Assembly (NCBI GenBank): GCA_040755995.1
Contig: JBFMAF010000034.1
Location: forward strand, 48,743 to 112,742
Direction of reading: 5' to 3'
Source: Acidobacteriota bacterium
GTDB lineage: Bacteria; Acidobacteriota; CAIWXX01
DNA length: 64,000 nucleotides
The notes below the pieces were generated by a model. That model worked only from the letters and a program-made list of their open reading frames with translations. It did no database searches and had not been told where the DNA came from. Position numbers and translations under genes: made by a program. Shown one piece after another: positions 19,627 to 28,782 of this stretch (positions are counted from its first letter, which is position 1; each line of letters starts with the position of its first letter).

Positions 19627-20895
19627 ATGAGTAAACTCGTACAACCGCATGGGAGTGCGGATCTGAAGGCTCTTCTGCTTCAGGGGAAGGAAGCGGAGGA
19701 GGAGAAGAAGAAGGCTGAGACGCTCAAGAAGGTCCCCATGACCAGCCGGGAAACCTCGGACTTGATCATGATGGCCATCGGAGCTTTCACGCCGCTGCCG
19801 GGGTTCATGGGCCGGGACGATTGGAAGGGCTGCTGCGAGAACTACCAGCTGCCGTCCATGAAGAACCTGTTCTGGCCCATCCCGATCACGCTGTCGGCCG
19901 AGCAGGCGCTTGCCGATTCGATCAAGATCGGCGAGGAAGTCGGGCTCTGGGACACGGAGACCGAGGCCTATGTCGGGACGATGAAGGTCACCGAGAAGTA
20001 CGGGATCGACAAGGATTACGAGTGCAAGCAGGTGTTCCGGACCACCGACAAGGCGCACCCGGGCGTGCAGAAGGTCATGGAGCAGGCACCCGTCAACCTG
20101 GCCGGCCCGATCCGGCCGTTCTCGGAGTCCTACTACCCCGAGATGTTCTCCACCATCTATCAGCGGCCTGCCGAAGCGAGGAAGGCCTTCGAGGAGCGCG
20201 GGTGGAGCACCGTGGCGGCGCTGCAGCTCCGCAACCCGATGCACGGCTCGCATGCATACCTGGCGTGGATCGCCATCGAAGTGTGCGACGGCGTCTACAT
20301 TCACCAGCTCGTCGGCAAGCTGAAGCCGGGAGACATACCGGCCGAGGTGCGCGTGAAGGCAATCGATGCGCTCGTGAACAAGTACTTCCGCAAGGAGCGC
20401 GTGATCCAGGGCGGGTACCCGATGGAGATGCGCTATGCCGGACCGCGTGAGGCGCTGTTGCACGCCGTGTTCCGCCAGAACTACGGCTGCAGCCACCTGA
20501 TCGTCGGCCGCGACCATGCAGGTGTCGGCGACTACTACGGCCCGTTCGATGCGCAGAAGATCTTCCTGGAGATCCCGCACGGAGCGCTCGAGCTCAAGCC
20601 GCTGCCGCTCGACTGGACCTTCTACTGCTACGAGTGCAAGGGCATGGCGTCGATGAAGACCTGCCCGCACGAGAGCAAGGCCGTGATCGACGAGAACGGC
20701 AACTACAAGGGCGGCGCCAGGCTCCTGCTCTCCGGCACGCTGCTCCGGAAGCTGATGAGCGAAGGGAAGCCCGTGCCCGAGGAGTTCAGCAAGCCCGAGG
20801 TCATCGCGATCCTGAACGACTACTACAACAGCCTCGAGAAGAAGGTGGAGATCAAGCTGCACGGATTCGCCACCGGCGAAGCCGGCAAGAAGTAA
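19627..20895 (+). CDS. sat: Sulfate adenylyltransferase, copy 1 (intact)
   Basis: [36 protein letters not shown]. Confidence 0.97.
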   Translation: MSKLVQPHGSADLKALLLQGKEAEEEKKKAETLKKVPMTSRETSDLIMMAIGAFTPLPGFMGRDDWKGCCENYQLPSMKNLFWPIPITLSAEQALADSIKIGEEVGLWDTETEAYVGTMKVTEKYGIDKDYECKQVFRTTDKAHPGVQKVMEQAPVNLAGPIRPFSESYYPEMFSTIYQRPAEARKAFEERGWSTVAALQLRNPMHGSHAYLAWIAIEVCDGVYIHQLVGKLKPGDIPAEVRVKAIDALVNKYFRKERVIQGGYPMEMRYAGPREALLHAVFRQNYGCSHLIVGRDHAGVGDYYGPFDAQKIFLEIPHGALELKPLPLDWTFYCYECKGMASMKTCPHESKAVIDENGNYKGGARLLLSGTLLRKLMSEGKPVPEEFSKPEVIAILNDYYNSLEKKVEIKLHGFATGEAGKK

Positions 20896-20926
20896 TTACC
20901 CCCTTTACCCTCGCCTAACCTTCACC

Positions 20927-20958
20927 AACCGGGGCCTCCAGGCCCCGGTTTTTCTTTT
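20927..20958 (+). terminator. Rho-independent terminator after sat copy 1
   Basis: AACCGGGGCC-TCCA-GGCCCCGGTT followed by a T-tract. Confidence 0.85.
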
Positions 20959-21465
20959 CGGCGGGGCCGTCCCAACCCTCGCATGCAGCTCTTCCACCGT
21001 GGCCCAGGATGGGCTGCACTCGCCCCCTCCCGACCCCTGCGCGAAATTTGACAGGCGACGTGCGCCCTGCTACGCTTCGCCCATGTTTCGCTTCCTTCAT
21101 GTGCATTCTCAAACGCTGCAGGCCCGGATAGGTCGGGGAGGGACCTGGCCGATGACGGCCTGGACTCCCTGTAGTCACGTCTTCTTGCTGCCGGTGGCCA
21201 CAGCGACGTCGATGGCCGCATCGACCACTCGAAGCCCGGGCCGACGATGACCACGGCCTGCATCAACGCATCGAAGGGGCGGTTCGTTCACCACGCGGCC
21301 CCGTTCCAATGCTTCACCGACACCCTTGGCTTCCAGGCTGGCGTGATGGCCAGGGGTGTGCAGGTCGGGAACGCGGTGCCCAGACTTCTCGGCGAGGTGG
21401 TGTCGAGGGTGACGAACGCAGCCGTGACAGCAGTAGGGTGATCAGATCTGACGACGGGTGGTCGG

Positions 21466-22680
21466 ATGGCGCAATGTCACTTCGAGGACATACTGGCGCG
21501 CTGTGCCCGAGAAAGAGACGAAAGCGCATTCTCTGATCTGATCGCCTTCTCCAAGGAGCGTCAGCTGTCCGTGGATCAGATCAGCCGTTTGGCCACGGTT
21601 CTTGCCGACTCGGGGGACAGGTTCAGCTCTCCACATCAGTGGCAGACTGCTGATATTGCCTCGACCGGTGGGCCAACATCTCTCTCCACAATCATGTCTC
21701 CACTTCATCTGCGCTGCCTTGGCTCTCATGTGATCTCATTGGGGGTCCCTGGGCGCCCGGCTGGCGCGGTAGACGTCCTCGCCCAGATTCCCCGCTACAA
21801 GGTGCACCTCTCAAGAGGTGACGCACAGGCGGTTCTGGCAGAGTGCGGCTACGTTCATCTTGTTGCCGACAGTACTTTTGCCCCTTTGGACGCCGCCTTG
21901 TTTAGTTTCCGGCGCCGAACAAAGGCGCCGCCGGTAGGTGCCATCGCCGTTGCGAGTCTGCTGTCGAAGAAGCTAGCAGTGGGAGTTCGCAGTGTCGGGC
22001 TGGATGTTCGCGTGGGCCATCATGGGAACTTCGGTGCCACGCTGCCGGAAGGCAGGGAGAACTCGATCACTTTTTGCCGCACGGCTCGCAACCTTGGCAT
22101 CCATGCGACCTGCTTCTTGACTGATGGAACGATGGCCTACCAGCCCTATGTCGGCAGATCCGAAGCACTTCTTGCGATAAGGGCCTTGATCGACGGCACT
22201 GCCTCACAATGGCTCCTAGAGCACAACCATCTATGTCGGCAAATGGCCTTGACGCTGCGCGGGGGTTCAGAGCCAACGAGTGCACTCTCTCTCCGAGACG
22301 CCTTTACCGCCAACCTGGAAGCACAGGGGTCCAACTACACCAACTTCCTTGCGCAGGCAGGTCGCGTGGAAGCGGCACCTCGTTTTCCGATCCGAGCGCC
22401 GTTGAACGGCTTCGTGAGGATCGATTTGGGCACCCTCAGGCTCTTGCTGGGTAAGTGGCAGTCAGGCGGGGATTGCAGTGCATCCGAGTACCCAGACGCT
22501 TGTGGCGTGACGTTGGTTCGACAATACGACGAGTTCGTGCACACGGGGGACGTGATAGCCCTGGTACGATGCCCGCATGAGGCTGCTGCACAGGCCACCG
22601 AAGACCTCGCGCGTGCATTCGGGATATCCGACGTGCCACTGCGAGCCGCTACAACCGAGATCATCGAGTCAGTCGGATGA
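21466..22680 (+). CDS. Divergent thymidine/pyrimidine-nucleoside phosphorylase family protein
   Basis: DIASTGG (cf. DKHSTGG), ASLLSKKLA, LDVRVG..GNF, and a C-terminal PYNP_C-like segment. Confidence 0.7.
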   Translation: MAQCHFEDILARCARERDESAFSDLIAFSKERQLSVDQISRLATVLADSGDRFSSPHQWQTADIASTGGPTSLSTIMSPLHLRCLGSHVISLGVPGRPAGAVDVLAQIPRYKVHLSRGDAQAVLAECGYVHLVADSTFAPLDAALFSFRRRTKAPPVGAIAVASLLSKKLAVGVRSVGLDVRVGHHGNFGATLPEGRENSITFCRTARNLGIHATCFLTDGTMAYQPYVGRSEALLAIRALIDGTASQWLLEHNHLCRQMALTLRGGSEPTSALSLRDAFTANLEAQGSNYTNFLAQAGRVEAAPRFPIRAPLNGFVRIDLGTLRLLLGKWQSGGDCSASEYPDACGVTLVRQYDEFVHTGDVIALVRCPHEAAAQATEDLARAFGISDVPLRAATTEIIESVG

Positions 22681-25600
22681 ACCAACCAGGAGGCACCATG
22701 CTCAGGCAAGAGTACGCATGTTTTCTTCATCCGCGCAGCAAGGGCCAGAGCCTGGACGAGAAGTGCTCCGAGTGCGGTCTTCCATTCAGCTTTCCTCTGA
22801 GTAATGCCCCCGTAGAGATTGCTGGGCGGACCATCCGCCGAGGCATAAGCCGTGGCTTCTACGGCGCTGTATACGAGGCAGAGCATCGCACCATCAGGAA
22901 CCGCACGTCCGCTATCAAGGTGATACCATTCGCCATCTACGCACCGGTTGAATCGGGAGGATACGGTAAGGACTTCTCGGCAGAGCTGCAACTTCATCAA
23001 GAGCTCTCGGCGATCGACTTGGTCGCAAGGCTTCTGGACGCCGGCGAATTCGAACTCTCCTTCAACAACGTCCGCATCCCTTGCCATTGGCTGGAGATGG
23101 AGTATGTTCGCGGCCCTACATTGAGGGATCTTATCGAAGCGGGTCCAGAGAACCCCCGCATCATTGCTCAGGTGGCATCCGATCTCTTCGACCTTGTGGA
23201 GCAGCTCCAGCAGCGCGGCAAGTTCCACAACGACCTCCATTCCGAGAATGTAAAGATTGTTCCCCTTGATCGCGGCCTGTGGCGAAGCAGTGCCATTGCC
23301 AAGAATGTTCAGACGAAGGTCCTTGATCTCGGCTCGGTCGCAGACGCATCGAAGTCCGCGCCAGCCCGGTGGGGGGATATCCATCAGGTCGCCAGCCACA
23401 TCCTTTCACTCACGGAGGCTTACGAGCGGGCCATTCCGTCAGTGGAGCCGGGCGATCAGAGGATCGTCTCAAGACTGAGGCAGGCGGCTCAACACTGGTG
23501 CGCTGCGGATTGTGACTCGCGGCGCGCGCGCCCACATGACCTAAAGGCGAGCATCGCAGCCGCGTGCAGCTATGGCGCAGAGTGGTGGATGGAGTCTCAC
23601 CGCCTTGATGCAATTGGTGCTCACATCAACGCTGTCACCATGCCCTCCCATAGGGCTCATGCGCTCTTTTGCGGGCCAGCGGGATGGCGCGATGTAATGC
23701 TGGAATCGGGCACCACGTTGCTCACGGGAATGCGCGGCTGCGGCAAGACGATGCTGCTCCGTTCGATCCACTGGCAGGCCAGGGTATTTCAATACGATGG
23801 AGAGACAGAAGAGGAGGTCCGAGAGAGGGTCAACACCGACCGGTTTCTCGGTCTGTTTGTTTCCTGCGCAACGTTGCTTCGAGGCCCCCGGCCGACTCAC
23901 ATCCCGGAACTGGTGATGCATCGCCTGTTCCTTGCCTTCGCCCTCGAGGCAGTCCACTTCATCGAGACGTGTGACTTGCGGAAGATAGGATCGTTCGACG
24001 GCCATGGGTCTGCCAGGCTCTCAGACCTTGCAGCGCGTATCGCACCCTGGTACATAGCCCCGCAGGAACCAGCCGACCTCTACGCTTTGGAGGCGTCTAT
24101 TCTCAGCGCGCTCAACAACGTCCCTTCGGAAAGTGGAGGGATAGCAGAGCTCAACCCGCGGGAGGCGTTCGAGGACCTCACCGCAGTGCTCCGATCCTGG
24201 GGCGATGTCGTCGGCAGCAAGAGATTGCTGTTCTTGTTGGACGATGTGTCGGTTCGCTACATGTCCCGCGAGAATGTTGAGACTATCCTGAAGCAACTAT
24301 GCTTCCAGAGCGGCATGTTCAGCTTCAAGCTCTCGACAGAAACACAGACACTGGCCCTGCATGCCCCAGGGGAGAAGCTTGCACAGGTTGGGCGAGACTA
24401 TCAAGTCTTCGACCTTGGGGAGGAGGTATTCGCGATACTTCGGGACCGCAAGCAGAGTTGCGAGTTCTTTAAAGACATCCTGATGAAGAGGGCTGTCTCA
24501 ACGACGAACCTGTCAGCCGCCCAGAGAGGTATGCCGGACATCCTCTTGGGACGGCTCTCTCTCACCGACATAGCAAGAGGCATTCGCGGGGAGTTCGGGA
24601 AGGGCAAGAAAGGCGAGAAGTTCCTTTACTGGAGCCTGGATGGACTTGTTGCGCTGTGCGTCGGCGATCTCGGCGACATCATCACCCTCTATGAGAGAAT
24701 GGTCCAGCATGTAGCTCCCGAGCGACCCAGCGTGGCCCCCAACGTCCAGCACAAAGAACTGATTGACTTTGCTGAAGCGCGGCTACGCGCACTCGCGGTG
24801 AGAGATCCCTGGCTGTACTCGCATGCAGTGGCTTTTGCCCAGGCAAGCAACCGGGAGCTGTTGGGCAGCACGCCGCAGCGGCTAAGGCAATATGCAGAGG
24901 TGGACGTGACCATCGGAATTGAGGCCGCGAACGAGCTCTTCCCCTTGGTCATGAAGCTTGTTGATGAAGGCGTCTTTGTGGCAACCGGCGCAACCTCCCG
25001 CATGAAATCGCGGGACGTGCTGCAGTTCAAACTCGCATTCCGAAAGATACTCGGGCTGACCCACAGGATTCCCTTGAGCATGAGGGACCGCTTTGAGCTC
25101 CAGAATGCACGGCTCTCCTCATGGCTGAAATCGCCGAGCAGTGCCGTTCTGGAGAGCAGCCGTGCCGCTGATGAGACGGAGCCCGATGCAGAGCAGGAGC
25201 CGGAGCCTTCGGCGGTTGAGTTGCAGGCAGCTGAGCAGCAGCTGTCGCTCGCTTTCGACGGGGAGAGCATGACCCGAGGGGATGCCCGAAAGCCCGATGA
25301 AGCACCTTCCATCGCGAGGGTGCTCCCTACTCCCCGTCTCCTTCACGACGTGACATCACGACGGATACCACCCTCGCGCTGGGGTGCAGCACTGGCCAAC
25401 TGCACTGTGGTTGCCGCCATCGGCTTTGAGGATAGGTCGATTGGGGCCTGGAAGAACCTGCTTGTCCGCACAGTCCCTAGACGTGCGGTCTTGCTGCGCT
25501 ATCCTGACCCGGGTCTCATGAATGCAGCAAACGAGAGGATCCTGACATCGATGCTGAGGGAATCGACAGTTGACACCGTGATCGTCGACACCGGCAGTCT

Positions 25601-26378
25601 ACCGTCGGATGATCTGGCGCTTTGCGTCGCGGCAGATGTCACGGGGTTGCTGGTCATAGATGTTACGTCGATGACAAAGGCGATTATCTTCGACTTGGTT
25701 CGGAAGGGATTGGTTGAAAGGCATCGCTTGGCGCTCTTGCATACGTGCGCCGATCAGTATTTCCCAAGGGAGTCGGAGTTGTCAGACATCGCGGAGCAAC
25801 TGACGATCAGCCTTGACAAGGTGCGCTCACCCAAGGGCCTAAAGGAGACCTTCGACGAGCTGGACAGGAGAGTCACCGGCACAAAGGGGCCATACGAATG
25901 CAATCAGATAGGAGAGACACACGCGGACCCCAGTCAACCCGTATTTCTTGCCGCGCTCATTTCGCTCAAGCATGAACCTATCAGAGCGATACTCGAACAG
26001 GGCGCCGTCGAGCGAAGTGCGATGATCTATCCTGTCCACTCTGCGGGTAGGAGGGCGCGCCGTTCGGTGGTGGCGGAGCAACTGGCTCATTTCCTGGGCC
26101 AGATGTACCACGGAGATGCGATTCCCGCGAAATCTCTGGATCACGTAGCAGTGTATCGCGAACTGAAGGCGCTCCATCAAAGGTGGAGTCTCAGCTCGTC
26201 ATACAATTTCGAGGTGGCATTGGCGGGGACCAAGATGCACACGGTTGGGGCGGCGATGTTCGCTGCGACAGCAGTGCCGTCGTCAGTGTACTATGCCAAG
26301 ACGAAGGGGTTCGATGTCTCTGCATTCACGCAGGGCACGGGAGAGACACAGGCGCATGTACTGGAGCGGACGGAATGA
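22677..26378 (+). CDS. Multidomain protein: Ser/Thr kinase, ORC-CDC6-like P-loop ATPase, C-terminal DUF6293/CARF-like region
   Basis: Kinase: RGFYGAVY, AIKVI, HNDLHSEN, LDLG. ATPase: GMRGCGKT, LLFLLDD. C-terminus: IGFEDRS, IDVTSMTK, ALAGTK. ATGA overlap with the upstream gene. Confidence 0.72.
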   Translation: MNQPGGTMLRQEYACFLHPRSKGQSLDEKCSECGLPFSFPLSNAPVEIAGRTIRRGISRGFYGAVYEAEHRTIRNRTSAIKVIPFAIYAPVESGGYGKDFSAELQLHQELSAIDLVARLLDAGEFELSFNNVRIPCHWLEMEYVRGPTLRDLIEAGPENPRIIAQVASDLFDLVEQLQQRGKFHNDLHSENVKIVPLDRGLWRSSAIAKNVQTKVLDLGSVADASKSAPARWGDIHQVASHILSLTEAYERAIPSVEPGDQRIVSRLRQAAQHWCAADCDSRRARPHDLKASIAAACSYGAEWWMESHRLDAIGAHINAVTMPSHRAHALFCGPAGWRDVMLESGTTLLTGMRGCGKTMLLRSIHWQARVFQYDGETEEEVRERVNTDRFLGLFVSCATLLRGPRPTHIPELVMHRLFLAFALEAVHFIETCDLRKIGSFDGHGSARLSDLAARIAPWYIAPQEPADLYALEASILSALNNVPSESGGIAELNPREAFEDLTAVLRSWGDVVGSKRLLFLLDDVSVRYMSRENVETILKQLCFQSGMFSFKLSTETQTLALHAPGEKLAQVGRDYQVFDLGEEVFAILRDRKQSCEFFKDILMKRAVSTTNLSAAQRGMPDILLGRLSLTDIARGIRGEFGKGKKGEKFLYWSLDGLVALCVGDLGDIITLYERMVQHVAPERPSVAPNVQHKELIDFAEARLRALAVRDPWLYSHAVAFAQASNRELLGSTPQRLRQYAEVDVTIGIEAANELFPLVMKLVDEGVFVATGATSRMKSRDVLQFKLAFRKILGLTHRIPLSMRDRFELQNARLSSWLKSPSSAVLESSRAADETEPDAEQEPEPSAVELQAAEQQLSLAFDGESMTRGDARKPDEAPSIARVLPTPRLLHDVTSRRIPPSRWGAALANCTVVAAIGFEDRSIGAWKNLLVRTVPRRAVLLRYPDPGLMNAANERILTSMLRESTVDTVIVDTGSLPSDDLALCVAADVTGLLVIDVTSMTKAIIFDLVRKGLVERHRLALLHTCADQYFPRESELSDIAEQLTISLDKVRSPKGLKETFDELDRRVTGTKGPYECNQIGETHADPSQPVFLAALISLKHEPIRAILEQGAVERSAMIYPVHSAGRRARRSVVAEQLAHFLGQMYHGDAIPAKSLDHVAVYRELKALHQRWSLSSSYNFEVALAGTKMHTVGAAMFAATAVPSSVYYAKTKGFDVSAFTQGTGETQAHVLERTE

Positions 26379-26405
26379 TGCGGCGGGCAAGTCTGAGGGG
26401 TAGTC

Positions 26406-26822
26406 ATGCCTGATGTCTTCGATAGGCAGAAGCGATCCGAGATTATGCGCAAGATCGGGCCCAAGGACTCGGCACCGGAGATGCGCGTCCGCTCGATCGT
26501 TCACCGCCTGGGCTACCGGTTCCGACTCCATGGTCGTGATCTCCCAGGCACCCCCGACATCGTGCTGCCCGGGCACCGCAAGGTCATCTTCATGCACTCC
26601 TGCTTCTTCCACGGCCATAGGGACTGCCCGAGGGCGACAATTCCGGCGACGCGCTCGGGGTTCTGGGAGGTCAAGATCGAGGGCAACGCCAGGCGTGACC
26701 GCGCGAGCCGCCGTAGGCTTAGGCGCCTCGCATGGGAGTGCCTGGTCATCTGGCAGTGCGAGATACGAAAAGGTACCGAAGAGCGGCTTCGGGCGAAGAT
26801 CCGCAGGTTCCTGGAGGGGTGA
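26406..26822 (+). CDS. vsr: Very-short-patch repair endonuclease
   Basis: RSEIMRKI..KDSAPE, LPGTPDIV, FMHSCFFHGH, FWEVKIEGNARRD, VIWQCE. Confidence 0.93.
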   Translation: MPDVFDRQKRSEIMRKIGPKDSAPEMRVRSIVHRLGYRFRLHGRDLPGTPDIVLPGHRKVIFMHSCFFHGHRDCPRATIPATRSGFWEVKIEGNARRDRASRRRLRRLAWECLVIWQCEIRKGTEERLRAKIRRFLEG

Positions 26823-27008
26823 AGGATGGGGAAGGGCATCTTCACGCCGGGCGCAACCGCCGCATGACGACATCCCATAGATCCGCTACCGCTTGACCGC
26901 AACGAACCCAACAAGTCCCGAGAGGAGGAGCGGCGACCGGATGTCCCGCTTCGCGGATGCGGGGGGTGAGTCCATCTTTCGCGACATGCTCGCCGATCGC
27001 AGAGTCCG

Positions 27009-27063
27009 TGTGGCATACGGCTCAGACAAATTGACCCACTTTGCTCAGATAAACTGACCCACC
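27009..27063. repeat. IS21-family terminal region: TG terminus and two 20-bp direct repeats
   Basis: GCTCAGACAAATTGACCCAC (27020-27039) and GCTCAGATAAACTGACCCAC (27043-27062), 23-bp period. Confidence 0.65.
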
Positions 27064-27357
27064 TAACGGACGGCCTTTTTTGTTTCCAAGCAGCAACATC
27101 TGGGTCGAGTCTGGTGAGTGGTATATGTGTGGACGAATCCGGGTGGTCCGCATGCAGGGTGGGCGGAGGGGGACGGCGCACTTAGCGGATTGTTGACCGG
27201 GGATCTCGGAAGCAGATGACCGGGGGTTTGGGGAAACGTGACTGCGGGCGGTCACTTGGGGGCGAGACGGCGGTCAACAGTTGCGCAAACGCGTTGGGGG
27301 CCGCGTGGGACAGGGCGGTCATGCTCCCAGCTTTGAAGGAGGGAAAGGAATGAAGGC

Positions 27358-27655
27358 ATGGCAAGAAAGCGGCCATCCATCCGCCATGCACGAGACATTC
27401 TGCCACTGAGGCGCGAAGTCCCGGCTGGGTGTTCGAGAGACCGCCCGCAGCCAGCGCGAGGGTCGCGGCAAGCTCGTCAAGTACCTGCGCTGGCGCAGGC
27501 AGCGGAGGGTAGGGTGGTCGCTGCCGGAGGTGATCGCCCACGCCCAGCTGCAGCAGTTGCTCTCTTCCGCCCAGAAGCCTCCGCCGGTGGCCCCCGCCCG
27601 GGGGAGAGACTGGACGCTATTCAGGAAAAGCAACCCCGCGTTGTGGAGCATAGAG
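27358..27655 (+). pseudogene. istA: IS21-family transposase IstA, N-terminal fragment, frameshifted
   Basis: Across one frameshift it reads MARKRPSIRHARDILPLRRE/RLGVRETARS...KYLR...GWSLPE...QLL...RDW, resembling the IstA HTH region. Confidence 0.6.
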
Positions 27656-27702
27656 CGGGGGCCACGCTCCGGACCACCATCGATTCAGCAGAGGAGCCCT
27701 GG

Positions 27703-28758
27703 TCACGCATCGCGAAAGGCACTGCTCTCCTTCAAGAAGCGCGCCACCGCCGCAGCATGCCATTTAGCGAGCTCGGGAGGGAAGGCGTTGCCGATGAGCG
27801 CAGCCGCCGGGAACTTGCCCCGGCACAATTGGAAACGATAGCCGCGGCTGAACGATTGAAGGAGTGCGGCCTCACGCAAGGTCACGCATCGGTCCTCCTG
27901 CGGGTGTAGAAACCGCCCTTTGGAGGGATTCACACAACCAGTCGTGATGGTCGGCGCAACAGCGTCCCATGCCATACGCCCGTATACATCCGAAAACCCG
28001 CGGCATCGTTTGTGACACGGTAAACGAGCCTCCCGGCCGAGATCACTCATGCTTCCGCCGTCCTTCGGGATGCTGCCAATCAGCCTCCTGGTACGGCTGG
28101 TTCTGTTCTCCGGTAGGTCGTGGACCTCATCTCCGCTGTCGCCTGGTCGAGGCAAACAGCCGATTGCGTCACGTACGGTGCGACGGACAGTCAAGGGATC
28201 CGGGTATGGGATCCTTGCGGCGCGTGCTGCGAGGAGGATGACTCTTTCGCGCCGTTGTGGCACTCCGTAGGCGGCCGCGTCGACTTCGCGATAGTCGGCG
28301 GCATATCCCAACTGCTCCAGGTCACGATGAAACCGATGGAATTCGGTCCGTCGCAGCAGCCCGGGCACATTCTCGAACATCACTGCCTTGGGCAGCATGC
28401 CAACTACGAACCGGAGGAAGTCACGTATGAGTCGATTCCTTGGATCGGGAATCGTCCGAGAGCCGTTCAGCGTCCGAAGGCGCGAGAACCCCTGACAGGG
28501 CGGACACCCAGCCAACAGATCCAGGTCTCCCTCCTGCAGGCCTAATTCATCCATGACTTCCTCGGTTGACAGTGCGCGGATGTCCGTGCGCCAGATCCTG
28601 ACCTCGGGATGATTGAGGGCGTAGGTATCGGCGGCGAGACGGTCGATTTCGATCGCGGCCAGGACCCTGAAACCCGCCGCCTTTAGTCCCGCCGTCAATC
28701 CACCGCAGCCGGAAAAGAGATCGATCGCGGAATAGCGGGCTTCTTCAACGACCACCAT
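27703..28758 (-). CDS. DNA (cytosine-5) methyltransferase
   Basis: Motifs I (DLFSGCGG), IV (GCPPCQGFS), VI (ENV), VIII (PQRRER), IX (REAALLQSF) and X (IGNA). Confidence 0.95.
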   Translation of the reverse strand: MVVVEEARYSAIDLFSGCGGLTAGLKAAGFRVLAAIEIDRLAADTYALNHPEVRIWRTDIRALSTEEVMDELGLQEGDLDLLAGCPPCQGFSRLRTLNGSRTIPDPRNRLIRDFLRFVVGMLPKAVMFENVPGLLRRTEFHRFHRDLEQLGYAADYREVDAAAYGVPQRRERVILLAARAARIPYPDPLTVRRTVRDAIGCLPRPGDSGDEVHDLPENRTSRTRRLIGSIPKDGGSMSDLGREARLPCHKRCRGFSDVYGRMAWDAVAPTITTGCVNPSKGRFLHPQEDRCVTLREAALLQSFSRGYRFQLCRGKFPAAALIGNAFPPELAKWHAAAVARFLKESSAFRDA

Positions 28759-28782
28759 TGTCCCTCGGAATCCACTCTCTGG

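Noticed and set aside
5315-20862. Long antisense ORFs (5315-7303, 11788-13470, 16529-19009, 19510-20862; also 35314-36468)
   Set aside because: Shadow frames opposite well-supported genes in high-GC3 sequence; no motifs of their own.
20913-20919. GCCTAAC just downstream of sat copies 1 and 2 as an integron secondary site explaining the duplications
   Set aside because: A 7-mer match, absent from copies 3 and 4, and not at the homology boundary.
20968-21440. attC-half-like CCCAAC-CCTCGCATGCAGC and possible gene debris after the first terminator
   Set aside because: No matching second arm and no recognisable protein family in any frame.
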